Below, in pieces: positions 37,681 through 51,712 of a stretch of DNA of 64,000 nt. The DNA is taken from the NCBI RefSeq assembly GCF_009914755.1, contig NC_060933.1; one strand, written 5' to 3'. The translations under genes and the position numbers were made by a program. Positions within the stretch are counted from its first letter, which is position 1. The number at the start of each line of letters is the position of its first letter. A model generated the notes under the pieces. That model saw only the letters and a program-made list of their open reading frames with translations, was not told the origin of the DNA and made no database searches. This DNA is from the human T2T-CHM13v2.0 reference genome, Homo sapiens.

Positions 37681-39879
37681 TCTCACCTATTAATTTACCC
37701 TTTTCTCATTTAATATTTTGTTAACCTGAAATGATCATAATAAATGATCCAAGCTCAAAAAGGAACTAAACCACTAAATGGGACAACTGCGACTCTTTTA
37801 TCAGTATTACCAAAACCAATGCCACATCAAATATTGTGACATTTTATATTTCATTTATCTCAGAGATAATCAAAAAAAGATTAGTGCTGTAATAACTAGA
37901 AATCAATCATTGCAAGCTGCCAACTCAAGCAGGAAACATGCATAAATGCTCAAAATTTTCATGATTGGATCCGTAGTTTAAGAATATGAATATAGCCATT
38001 ATTACACTAACTCATACAGTGACAACTTTGCTCCAAATAAAACATCTTTGGAAAAGAGATATGTTTATTACTTCTATAATACAACAGACCATTGCCTCTG
38101 TCACTGCTTGTTATGATTAATTATATCTCCTGTGGTATAGCAACTATGTAGAGCAAAATTTGTAAACATTGATAATATTGTGCCATTTACCTTAACCATA
38201 GCAACATAAAAGACTATGTTGAGTTTCTATTTGAATATAGAAATGTAATCTATGCTATCTTAAGTCTTTTTCCTGGGGCAATAAATCTTTGGCTTTTTTG
38301 AGAACTCGTCTAAAAAAATAGTGTACTAGGATTTTACCCTGCAGGAGTCTATTTCTCGTACATGTTAAGAAAATCTCAGACCTACTACCCACATCTTGCC
38401 TTTCCTGCCTAAGATCTCTTTTTCTATCTTCATGTGTCATGGTTTAATACCTACCTAGATAGGCAGTAATGTCAACTTCTCATAAAATTTTTTATTCTGT
38501 AATATAGATAATACTAGGCTTTGTATTAATTTTATTTATTCAGTGCCTTAAGATTTTAGGAACTAGTTTATACATAGATATCAACAAAAGTAAATTTAAA
38601 AAAATTAAGAGGGGAAGATAATTTGTTACATAGATTCCATGTTCTTACATAAAAATTCAAAATTAGCAAACATAAATTTCTCTGGCTTTAATACTTATGT
38701 CTCATTTAACTTGAGTACTTCCTAATTTGTAAAGAAAATGGTTAATTTCTTCTTGTTCTACCTTTGTTTTTCTGCTTAACTGTAATAACTTGTAATATCT
38801 ATTCTTCATTTTTTAATGTATTCAGTGAAAAAGTTTTTGTTTCATTTTGTTTGAAAGTAATATGCTTCCCTATAGGAATGTAAATGCAAAAATATTTTCT
38901 TCAGATGTTCCTGCCTTTCCTGGCACAGTTGAGCATGCTCACCATGCTCAACCGAGTTACTTCTATATCTTAAGTAGGTATCTATTGTTATTCTTATAAT
39001 TTACTTTCAGAATGTACTTGCTTAAATGTCTAGTTCTTAGATTAGGTTGACTCTTGAACAGAGATAATAATACATATATATTTGTTTCTCCAGTTCCCAA
39101 CAAAATTATTGGCACATAGCAGGTGCTAATTGAGTATTTAAATGACTCTTTAACCAAATTAATGTTTATCTGCCATATGTTATAATTAGATTTGTTTTCA
39201 GCATCCTCATAAGTGTACATAGCTGACATTCTTTGTATATTTTTATTCATAGAAATAGTTTATCATGATCACTGCTCCTTCTATTTTATCCAATCATATA
39301 AGTAACCTATGTTGATAGGAAGGGTCAGGACAGGCATGATTGGAAAAGTCTTATGTACCATGATTGGGATGACCAACCTTCATGCAGATACAACAACTTA
39401 TGAATTGATAAATTTTTTAATGATTTGTAATACCATTCAAAGTGAGAAGACCTCCCTTCAACCGTACTTTATAATTTCATACTTTTGCATTATTTATTGT
39501 GCATATGCAAAAACAACAAAATGACAGATCCTAAAAATTATGGTATATTTAATTAGACACAGCACTGCTAGTACTCTTACACATTTGGTGGGACAGAATG
39601 ATGTTTTGTAGGCAGAGTTTATCAAAACCTTAGTAGAATTTGTGTGCGATACACCTATTTTGCTTATAATTGACCCTGTCAAAATCTGAATAGTTAAATT
39701 AATCAGCATCTTCTTTATCTAAAGTGTCCATTTATCTGCTCTCTTTTTGCAATAGTTTAATTATAACTGCTTCTAATTGCCTATTCACTTCCCTTTAGCT
39801 ATGTGGGCTCCTTCCACCTTCAGTATAGCTACATGCAGGAATTCAGCTTCAGTTGTAAAGGGATCTTAATTTGTTAGTT

Positions 39880-40880
39880 CATGAATTACATTATCAAAGT
39901 ACTTGTAAATGTGACTTCAGGACTATCTTTGGAGAACTCTGAGAAATCATAGAGGACCTATGAGAGATTAAAACTGGAAATTAGCAAATGGTTTGCTTTT
40001 CCAAAAGGCAGCAAGGATGAACCTTGAGAAATACAAGTTGATTAAGAGAAAACTCAACCATGGAAAAAAATAGACATTTTTTATTTAATGATTTTTAAGA
40101 AAATTTAGAAACTATAGGCACTAAGAATCAACATATATTATCTAAGAATGTGTGAACATATACTTTTTAAATAGCAGAAAGCCTGGTATATCAGGTGAGA
40201 ACATAATAAAGGTATATTTTACTTTCAAAAAAGTAATTCAAATGACCTCCTTTGAGATAAGATGGTGACATTTTGTTTGCATGCAAAACTAGTGGTATCA
40301 GAATACTCAATGAATTTTTGTTAATAACTTACTATCAAACTGATGGGAGGGCACAAGTAAATTGATGTAATTTTTTTTCTGTTGGCTTTCCTTTTTATTC
40401 AGATTGCATCAATGCCGGAGATCAAAACATATAAAGGATGCAGATGACACAAAGCTGGGAGACATTGCCAATAAAAACAAAAATAGAATCCAGAGTGAAA
40501 ATGATTTGGTAATCTCTTCATTCCTATTGAAATTCAACAGGAATTTAAAGCCCAGCCAGTATGCTAAAAACATCAAATACATAGAGAAGAAATGCCTTTC
40601 ACTGGAGGGGACATCTGTGTTTATACCGATCGATGATGTGATAATGTTACAACACATTTAATATAGTCTTAAATTGTTTCAAAAGAAACACGGATTCAGG
40701 TTTACATGAAGTAATAGATACAGAAAATATGCTGCTACTCAGACCATATCTGAATTGTTTTGTTAAATTATCTGTTATATTTTTGGGTGTATAGTGTTAA
40801 AATCTGTCTCTGCAGAGGAAGCTAGCCAGCATTGCATGAGAATCTAAATATCATGTCATATATGGAATGGTTGAAGAGTC
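39880..40880 (+). mobile_element. CR1/L3 LINE reverse transcriptase remnant
   Basis: ORF 40404-40661 contains ADDTKLG...RIQ..DL...LKFN, matching the CR1 RT motif (F)ADDTKLG. The upstream TTTTCCAAAAGGCAGCAAGGATGAACC..GAAATACA resembles the FKKG..DP.NY region. Confidence 0.7.
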
Positions 40881-41537
40881 TCTTTCACCATTACAAATAG
40901 CATGACACATGTACTAATTTTCTGAAATATGAATATGTAAAGAGTCCATGCTTGAATAAAAGCTAATCAAAACGAAAGGGTTTCTTTGCTGTAGGACACC
41001 TCAAATTTTTGATAAAGTGCTTGATGACATTTTAAGGAGTTGATATAAAGAAGTATTTTCCCATATTATTGAACCATGGAGTTCCACCAAACGTTTTTTG
41101 TTTCTTGTTTTTTTTTTTAAACTCTGGTAAAAAAAAAAATACACTGTAAGAAGAAACGATGGTTATAGAGGAAGTAAAAATTTGTTCTATGCCCCGTTTC
41201 AAAGGGAGAATCAGGCAATTTTAAGTTCAATCTAAGAAAAATAAAAGATCTTTACGACTGTATTCGAAAAGACTGAATGACTACCTACAGGTAGGATGTA
41301 AGGAGAATCCACATGCGGCTGAGATTGGGTGAGACGACCTTTGAAGTCAATGCCCACACTTTCAAAGTAATAAACTTTGCTCCAGAAAGCACTACCTGCT
41401 GCCATCTGTAAAAGAGACCTCCAGAGATCCTGTGATCCTAGATTTAAGCAGTCATCAAGACCTGTGAATCTCTTCCAGAATATACATTGAAAGAGGCTAA
41501 TTATCCATGCTTTTATTATGATCCCTTACTATGTTAC

Positions 41538-42410
<873 letters not shown>

Positions 42411-42419
42411 TTGCCATTA

Positions 42420-42990
42420 CTTTTCTTTAGAGTCTAGCAGTGTGATTCTGACTGCTCTTCAGTTTCCATTCTTGCCTCGCCTTCCTTCCCTGCTCCCCAC
42501 TGCGCTCTATTTCTACACACAATAGCCAGAGTACATTTTTGAAAACTCTAAACCAGATTACTCTCTATCTATTCATGTTACACTAACCTCTTGCTGTACT
42601 GGCCTTCATTCTGTTCCCTGGATCTTGTTAGCTTCTTATTCCTTTGCCTGGAGTAAATCACCCCAGGATGTTCTAATGCCTTTACTTCATTTAGATCTAT
42701 GTTGAAATGTCACCTCTGAAATAGGCCTTTCTGGTCTACTCTATAAATAGAAAACTTGCCTTTTTGCAAACTTCCTTACATTCCCCACTCCCAAGCCCAG
42801 GTCATTCTCTATGATTGTATTTTGCTTTCTTTTAAAAACATGTATATGTTTTAGTTCTGTCTCCTACAATGAAATCAAATCTCAAAAGGGCAGAGACCTT
42901 GTTTCGTCATTTTATTTATTTATCTTAGGACAGTGCCTTGCAGAACAGAAAGCTAAATATTCCGGGTTTTTTTTCAACAAGTGAGTATAC
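42420..42990 (+). mobile_element. L2 LINE fragments
   Basis: CACAATAGCCAGAGT, AAATGTCACCTCTG..AGGCCTTTCTG and AGGGCAGAGACCTTGT..CAGTGCCTTGCAGA. Confidence 0.65.
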
Positions 42991-44534
42991 AAAAGCATGA
43001 TTCATTTTCTAAAATGTAACTGGGTTAGTGGTAGATTATTTTTACATAAGATAACTATAAAATTGCCAAAATGACACTATGTTACAGCCAAATTAAAATT
43101 GCTGTTATTAAGCTAAAATACAAAAATATGTGTTTTTCAAGCATTTTTTTAAAGTAGTCTACATGGCTTTTTTTAAAAAAAAATGGTTTAGAATATAAAA
43201 GAGGTGTTTATTTACAACCCACATTGCAACAAGTTGCTAAGGTAACTACAGTATGGCTAAAGCATTTCATCACTTTAATAATTGTATAGATTTTCAGTAA
43301 GCAGCACACAATACATATTAAGTAAGATGTATCATTGTGTAAATTACTTTAGAAACCAAGCTGCATAGCATATATTTACAAGAGGTGCTTTTCAAGGACA
43401 TTAGCACATAAGGATGAAAGACTAAACATGCCTAAATATTAATAAATATGCCATTCATAATGCAAAGTTATTTTCAAATGCTTGTCTTCACAGTTTCATA
43501 AATTGAAATATGTACAAATTAATAATTTGATCTAGAATTTTGCCTAATGCACTATGCCGTGGCTAAAAGCCCTCAAAATGACATTGTGAATAGTTCTTTA
43601 GATTTTCTTACTAAAAACAAAAAGAGCTTTCATGCATTATTACCTATGTGGTAGGTACCATTATAAACCACACTTTATATACACAAGAAAACTGGACAAA
43701 GATGTCTTAAGTCAGTACTTTCCTTAGAGCACCTCGCTCCCTCAAAATAGAGTCAGTAACAAAGTTCAGGGGGATCTTATTTCCAGGTCTGTCCTCTTAA
43801 TCACTATGATATTCTGTCTCTCCTTTATGTACTTTCTTTACTAGATACTCAGGATACAAATTGTATTTTCTTTAGAATGCAAGGATAGTACCAGCTATCA
43901 GCAAAAAATCAGACTAATTTCTTTGTATGCCTACAACCACATGCTTAAGTAATATAATGTATGTAGGCAATGATTGTGGTACAGTGGAAAGAACACTGGA
44001 CATGAAGATAGAAATCTTGAATGTGATATCATGTGTACATTTTATGAACTTCCTTTACATTCATATATAAATTGAGAATATTATATATGCCTCACAGGTC
44101 TGAGTATTAAATAGGAAAAAAGTTAACTCTTATACAAGACAAAGCTGTCAACAAATACTGAGTATTATTAATACAGATAAAGTATAAATAAGACATACGA
44201 ACCTCCTAATAAAGCTCCTCTTTACATAAAAAAAAAATGAAATTCAAATGCTATTGACCCTCTCCATCCATGTCTTATTTTCATAGGATGGATGGTTCTA
44301 AAAGTAAAGGAAGATAAAGATCGTGATATTGTTTCATAAGTCCCAAACACAGAAAAGTCTCCACAGCTTTGGTTTCCATGATAGCATTGTAAATAGATGA
44401 TGAAACTTTTCTTCTTAATGTATTGAAAGCCAATATTGTGTTAAATTAGAGAATTCTGAGTCCATTGTTAAGTTGAGACAAAATATGTTCAGCACTATGC
44501 CAGAAAAAATAAACAATAATATAATCCTAATTTG

Positions 44535-44696
44535 TAGCAACTGCTGGTGTTCATGGTACAAATACTCCTACTATAGCCAATCCCAAGCTACCAACTTGTC
44601 ATCAATAAAAGTGCAGTTAGGAAGAAAAAAGTTGGGAGAAGATGATCAACAATCAACTCTCCAAGCTAGTGCAAGCTGGCTCCAGCAAACACCTGA
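44535..44696. mobile_element. hAT DNA transposon remnant (MER63-like)
   Basis: CAAATACTCCTACTATAGCCAATCCCAAGCTACCAAC...GCAAGCTGGCTCCAGCAAACACCTG; family assigned from recall. Confidence 0.45.
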
Positions 44697-45133
44697 CTGG
44701 GGGCCGCTGATATTTGTTTAGGCATCTAGTTAGATTAAGCAAATACAAGAAGAAGAATCTTGGAAGTGCTTATACCTTGCCTTTATTTATACAAGGTTCT
44801 ATTATATTTAATTTAAATCAGAAATGTCACCTATTTTTTCACATATATTTTACAGGAAAACTGAAACATTTTATGCTGCCAAGTTAAAATAGTTTTGAGT
44901 TCAAAACCTACTTCTCTTTCTTGCTTTCTCTGTTCCCAAAGAAATAACAAGAAATGATTTGATTGTAATTCTAGTTTCAGGATTGCTCAGAAAAGAAGGC
45001 ACCAAATGATAGAAGGCTGGCTCAATTTTCACTGTAGATTCTTCATTGAGGAAAGTTGATTCCCAATGGGCTATGTCAGCAATTTCATGAAATACATACA
45101 GCGAGACACAAAAGCAACATGAGGCAGTACACA

Positions 45134-45217
45134 TCTCACTCTGTTGCCCAGGCTGGAGTACAGTGGTGTGATCTCGGCTCACTGCAGCCACCACTCCCCA
45201 GGCTCAAGTGATCCTCT
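45134..45217 (-). mobile_element. Short Alu fragment (AluJ/FLAM-like)
   Basis: TCTCACTCTGTTGCCCAGGCTGGAGTACAGTGG...GGCTCAAGTGATCCTC. Confidence 0.85.
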
Positions 45218-46004
45218 GAGGAGGTATATCTTTTTACTTCCCAAAGCATTTAAATATGACCCATATTAATGTCAGTGTTATCAGTTAGGTCTAACATCTT
45301 TCTTATATTATATTAGAGAAATGTAGTAACCCTGGATAGTGATGTTAAAATAAATAATTAAATCAACATTATAATGATGATATTTGGTTTATAAGACACT
45401 CAGCAAAGGAACTGAAGTTTAAAGAACATTTAGAACAAATATTTTAGCTAGCACTTGCAATTCTTATCAGGGAATATCAATTTCATAGCAAAATATCCAT
45501 TAGTGTAGCTAGAGTTTCATGACATGTGGTATGCTGGCCAAAACACTGGACTAGGAGAAAATAAATTCTGTTTCTAAGGCTGGTTCTAACGCTGCCACCA
45601 ACAAGCTATGTGATTAGATCATGACCTAGCTTCTTCATGCCTCTCTCCTATTGTAAAATGGCAGACAGGGAGTTTGACACATTCAAGTATTCTTTCCAAT
45701 TCAATACTTCCTGAATTTATGAATCATGGTGTTTACTGACAAATTCCTTCTTTGCAGCTGTAATTAAAATTTTTGGATTTGTAAATTAGCATTTTAAGTT
45801 GTCATTTTTTTTGCAATGCCCCAACTGGACAATATGATTGAATTCATGCAAATGCCTAAACTACATGGATAAACTATTAAATTACATAACTCATACTTGG
45901 TTCCAGAATAAAGTTTCCATCCAATGCACCGTTTTTACCTAAATACAAATTATTAAAAAATGAAAGAGGTCCTAATTTTAAATAGGCAGTTCAGTCAGTC
46001 CTTC

Positions 46005-46379
46005 TGTTATGAATGGAACTGTGTCTCCTGCAAGTTTATATGTGAAGCCCTGACCTCCAGCGTTACTGTATTTGGAGAACGGGCTTGTGAGGACATGATA
46101 AAGGTTAAATGAGGTTGTAAGGGTGAGGCTCTAATTCTACAGGGCTTGTGCCTTATAAGAAAAGAAAGAAACACCAGAGTTCTCTCTCCTTGTCATTTGA
46201 TGACACAGTGAGAAGGTGGTTTTCTGTAAGCCAGGAAGACAGCCCTCATCAGAAACCAAATCAGCAGGCACCTTGATCTTGGACTAGCCAGCCGCTGGAA
46301 ATGTGACGGAATACATTTCTGTTTTTTAAACCACTCAGTCTATGGTATTTTGTGATGGCAGGATTAGCTAACTAATGCA
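46005..46379 (+). mobile_element. MaLR LTR (MLT1A/B or MST-like)
   Basis: TGTTATGAATGGAACTGTGTCTCC...GGCACCTTGATCTTGGACT...CAGTCTATGGTATTTTG...ACTAATGCA. Confidence 0.88.
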
Positions 46380-46929
46380 CTTTCCTTTATTTTTCTTTCA
46401 TTTGAAACATTATGAGGCCTCAATTTTATTTTTTCTCATTAATTTAGTAATTAAACTTCTATTTCATTATTTATAGTCCTTATAGTTTTCTATTCGTGCT
46501 AATAAAATGAATTTAGTCAGGAAAAATATCCATTTTACATCCTTCTTTCTTCTTTAGCCCCGGTTCTGAAGAGTTATCATGTTGTTATTCTATCTGCTAA
46601 ATTTTCTTTCCCCCCCCGCCTTAATTTTTCTTCCCTACTTCCCTAATTCAGATCCCTTTGCTACATTATGGTTTCCTAATTGGACCCTCTCAACAGCCCC
46701 CAATTTTTGCTTCAAAATGGTCCTACAATGAGCTTCTTCACATCTACATTTTTTATTAAAATTTTTCAATGGTTCCTGGACACCCATAAGATAAATATCT
46801 CAAACTTCTGCACAGATCTTTAGATCCTTCATATCAGCCCTTTGCTTCTTATCTTTGTTTATGTTGTTGCCTTTCTTTGGAATATTTTCCTACAATTATT
46901 TGCACACCAAACTGTTCCATATCCCTCAA

Positions 46930-47250
46930 ATAATAATAATATCAAACACTTAATGCTATGTGTTAGACATTGTCTTACATATTTTATATGTATCTATATA
47001 TGCATTTAATCCTACAAAACTCATGAGGGGTTTTGTAATAACTATTCTTACAACTATTGTATAACTATTCTTTTAACTAATGTATTACTATTTTTATCTG
47101 AGTTTCTTTAATTCAGAGTACTGAGTGTCATAAGGATTAGTAAGTTAGCCCATCACACAGCTAGTAAGTGGTAGAGCAGAGAATCTAACCTAAGCTGTCA
47201 AGAACCAGAATCTAGGCTTTTCTAACTTTAACGCATGCTGCCTCTCTGAA
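46930..47250 (-). mobile_element. MIR SINE flanked by L2 fragments
   Basis: CATTTAATCCTACAAAAC...CACACAGCTAGTAAGTGGTAGAGCAG. Confidence 0.7.
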
Positions 47251-49799
47251 TACAAATGTCATTCATTTACTTTGTGAAGTCTTCTCTAAATTTACCAGAA
47301 AATCTCTGATGATTTCTTCTTTTGTGCCTCACTGCACATTACCCTACTTTATTAGTTAACTTGCTCCATTTTCAGGTTATTTTATTCTCCTTCACTTAAC
47401 TGAAAACTCATGGAAAGCAGAGACCACAAATTTTCACCATTTTATCTTTGTGTCAGTGCTTAGTACATGGTCAATATTTAATAAGTGAATTTTAAATAAG
47501 ATCATTTTAACATTTTGCAGAGATCTTAAAATATTTTATTTTCTTTGAAAAAAGGAATCAATTCTTGATATGATTATATAATTTATTATCTTTAACTATT
47601 TTGATTGTGTAATTTTCAAGGAAATAATACAATAACAATAATCCATGCCAATAATTTTTTATCAATTATAAACTATCCTTAGAATTAAACAAAATATTTT
47701 TCTATTTATAAATTATTTTTAGGATGACATATTTTTCTTATTTTGAAAATATTCAAGCATCTCCTAAAATAAAACTATGAGCTGCAGTAAGAAGTCATCA
47801 TTTTCAAAATTAGCTATTTTTGACATTACATATAGCTTGAAAATTGATATTATAACTAAAATTGAAACAATTAAAAAAGGAGGTTTTTTATTCAAACAAG
47901 CTAATTATATTCCAGTTTATTAACCATGAGTCTAAATAATAAAATATGATACCACTGAAGTCCACATGAACTGCCACCACCACATAGAGAACCATTATCA
48001 TAGTTGGGCTTATTGAAATCATAAAACACAATATGCTTTACCAATATCAGGTCCAGGTCTGATTCCACACCATTATGTTTCTCTCTTTTTTCAATATAAA
48101 CAATTGTCCATTCATCTTTATTGAATCCTATCTAAAGAGTCTTTGTGAATTCAAGTTTGTAATGAAAATTCTGCCTGTATACTTATAAATTATAGGAGAA
48201 GTAAAGTGTTTAAAAGGCTTTTCATACACCTACAGATATTTCCTAAGTCTATTCATGGATAACTCTATTGAAGAAGAGAGGAAATCAAAAGTCTTTGTCA
48301 TATATACTTATGTAGCAACGCATATAAAATGAAAGCAAATTTAAGCAAAATTAAATAAAATGAGGGTAGTTTCAAAGTTTAGGGAATAGCTTTTACCTCA
48401 GTTGGTGAAACTTATATCACAGTAAGCCATGAGATAATGTCTCACCACTCTGTAGCCAGTCCTGAAACCTAATCCCTCAATCTTTCTCTGTAAAAGGGAA
48501 AATTCATGTTTCCCTGAACTTAAGTTTATGAATAGTCATGATGAACATAAGATATATTTCATTGAATTAGTGTACTGGAACATCAAAATATTTCCCAAAT
48601 CAACTAGAGCTAACTTGACATTTTAGTTACTTCGTCATGCTTTTTATAATTTTTATGACTTCTTCTCCAGTATAGTCCCTAGGCTGGCATATCGTAATCT
48701 GTAATAAGGTTATAGAGATTGGATTTATAATGTAATTCAATTAAACAAAGTGTGGCCCCTTCAGCCTGTGAAATACAAAATAAGGTAATACAGAATGGTT
48801 TTTACTTGAACTTAACACCTAAAGAGTCTGAGATTGTGAAGACTAAAAGTAACAGGCTTGTGCTCATGTACATGGTTGGAAAAATTGAGTTTTACACAAA
48901 CTTTGTGAAAATGTAAAAAAATATGTGTTAATATGATATTTTATTAAATTTTTACTTTTATTGTATGAATTACTTCATGACACCCTAATTTGGCTTCTCT
49001 AAATTCTAAACTATAGAGACTTTTAATCTATGTGACAGCATAGTCAACTATTATAGGCTATAATGTTTACTATATCAATGCAGTATATGATCACAAATTC
49101 ATTTAAACAAAAAGAGCAAGAATGCTGGTGGTGAAGACATAAAAACTGCTAAATATCACAAGTAGTGAAAGAGTTCTCTTTTATGTAGCAGGTTGTTCAG
49201 GAATGTTAGTCTATTTGTTACCTGATTAGAGACTTCAAATATCATAGAATGCCTGGATCTTCCAATCCTGGATAAGGCTTAAGGATGACTGAAACAAAAT
49301 TATATGTAATCATGTTCTGAATTATACCATTTACGTCAGTTCCGAGGCCCCTTGTATTTTGTAGTAAGCATATCTTAGTGATTTTAGTGGATTTCTTAGA
49401 GTGGAATTAGAGACTACTTTATTGCCACGGGCGAAGTGGTTTGAAGTTTTAAAAGTTCTGCAACCAAATATATGTGAATTAATTTGGAGTTTAACTGATG
49501 CTATGTTCTTGGTGCCCAAATATTTGTCCTGAGGAAAGTTTTATAGTAAGGAGCCAAAGTAAAGTTTAAAAAAGAACAACTAATGCTAATGGGGATTTTA
49601 AGCATTTTTTTAAGGTTTCTGTCATTTCTCCATAGTCCTTATGAGCTCAGGACTTATTTCTGCTGGTCCAGGCCTCTCCTTAATGTAGAAGAAACTAATT
49701 TCTAAGAGTCCTTGCTATGCACGGAGAGGGAGATTTATTATCTTAGCCACTGCATTCTTTAATTTTTTAAGTGTTGTCTTTGGCTTAAAGGAATTATTA

Positions 49800-50237
49800 T
49801 TTTTCTAAATTTATTTTTTTGTATGTATTTAAGGTGTACAACATGGTTGTGTAATAATACATAATCATGGTAAGATAATTACTACAGTTAAACAAATAAA
49901 CTTATCCGATACTTTCCATAGTTACCTTTTGTACGTTTGCGGTAAGAGCACCAAAAATCTACTCTGGAAATTTTCTGTATACAATAAAATATTATCAACT
50001 ATAATGTTCATGCTGTGCCTTAGATCTCTAGACTTACACATTCTACATATCTACAAGTGTGTACCCTTTGATCTACTTCTAATTTCCTCCCTCTTCCTGC
50101 CCCTGGTAAATGAAGGAGATACTGCCATTTGCAACTACATGGATGAACCTGGAAGATGTTATGGAAGGTGAAATTACTCAAATACACAAAGGAAAAAGTG
50201 CATAAAATCACTTATATGTGGAATCTATAAAAAGCCA
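49800..50237 (-). mobile_element. L1MA 3' end with an inverted 5' segment
   Basis: Antisense 3' UTR at 49800-50109, then a sense ORF2 C-terminus (GCCATTTGCAACTACATGGATGAACCTGGA) at 50110-50237. Confidence 0.8.
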
Positions 50238-51112
50238 CTATATGCTTGGAGTGAATACAGAGTCATGAGGCAGTCATATGGGAAGGGAACATAAGTAGTG
50301 AGCTGCCTTATGGAGTATGAAAACTCATGTTTTACTCATTAAGGATGATACTGACAACCAAGATGATGATGTAAAATAGCTCTGGTATTCTAGGAATTAC
50401 ATCTGTATCTATCTATCTATCTATATTTTTTTAACATAATGTATTTTACCTTCTCATTTTATGTTTATTTTAATCAGGAACTTACCATAAGTCAATAATT
50501 CATGGGTAAGAAACACATGAACAATGAAGGACACTGCGAAAACTCAACCTGAAATTAAAAAAATAAGAGGCAAAAAAAACCTGATCCAGGAAGAAAGGTT
50601 TAGTTGTCAGAGAAAAGAAGAATTTTGAGAGTAGGTTGGTGACTTTTCTGTGTTCTTGCCCTGACTGATCTCCAGGATTGAGGAAAATGAGGCTGACATT
50701 AATTTCTGCAAGAACAGTTTCAAAAAGCTCCGTGAAATGTGGAGTCACCTGTAACAGTGCTTTGTGATCCTTCTCACAGAGTTAGCACAAATGGGAGAGA
50801 GGCTTTTGCTCCTATCTCCCCTTCCCACACTTTTCTTTAAGCTCCATGTTCCTTAGCAACTGTAGATGCTTCAGTGCACTGGTGCTGGTGCCACTGAGAA
50901 GGACTCACAGAAACAACTCCAGGAAGGAGAAACATTAAGCGAGTGAAACATTTGTTATTATTACTAACTTGATGTCATTTGTACAAAGGGCAGATATAGC
51001 TCTGAATATATATAGATGGCACTATTTTTTCCTGCTTTTCACCATGTATACACATTTACATATGCAAAAAGACATTCTTTTAAATTCATACAGGTCTAAT
51101 TCAGCATAGACT

Positions 51113-51712
51113 ATTGTTTTAGGTAAGGTTCCTTAGAAGCAGAGCCTCAGATATAAATTTTTATGCAAATGAAGCAAGAGGGGGCTCTCAGGTGAAAAAT
51201 ATGACACTTAGTGCAGCAGGTGGAACATGGGGAGAAGGTAGGCAAAGATGTGAGTTTTGCTTTGTGGTTTTGAAAATGTGGTCCCCAGACCCACAGCATC
51301 AGCATCACCTAAGAACTTTTTAACATGTAAATTCTCAGGCCTAGATCTACTGAATCAGAAATTTGAGGATGGGACCCAGTAATCTCTGCTTTAACAAGCC
51401 CTTCAGGTAATTCTGATGCACACTAAAATTTGAGAATCACTGGCCTATCTAAAGTCTAACCTCAGCCTGCTCTTACAGAGAACCCTGGAGCATAAATGGC
51501 ACTGCAGACTTATCTCTCTTTGAGGCAATTAAGGCAGTTTTTGTATTTCCTGTGAATTAGTTATTGGCTGCAGACCAACCGTGAGAGGGGAGCATAGTCT
51601 CCCAGCATTTCTGGGTGAGGCATTACTATAGACCATTCTCATGAGAAGGATGCCACTGAGGACTTCTGGGAAATAGCATCTAACCAAGGCACCAACCGCA
51701 TCTACTGCAACT
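51113..51712 (-). mobile_element. ERVL-class LTR remnant split by MER5A
   Basis: GGTTCCTTAGAAGCAGAGCCTCAGA start; LTR-like sequence resumes after 51443. Confidence 0.45.
51262..51443. mobile_element. MER5A (hAT-Charlie) DNA transposon
   Basis: GTGGTCCCCAGACC..CAGCATCAGCATCACCT...CTACTGAATCAGAA...TTTAACAAGCCC..CAGGTAATTCTGATGCACACTAAAATTTGAGAATCACTG. Confidence 0.9.

Noticed and set aside
38928-38952. 10 bp inverted repeat GTTGAGCATG-N5-CATGCTCAAC
   Set aside because: Too short for a pre-miRNA and without supporting context.
50478-50505. Possible 28 bp + strand exon (TAATCAG|..TGG|GTAAGA)
   Set aside because: It is an isolated splice-like pair with no partner exon or frame support, as expected by chance in 37 kb.
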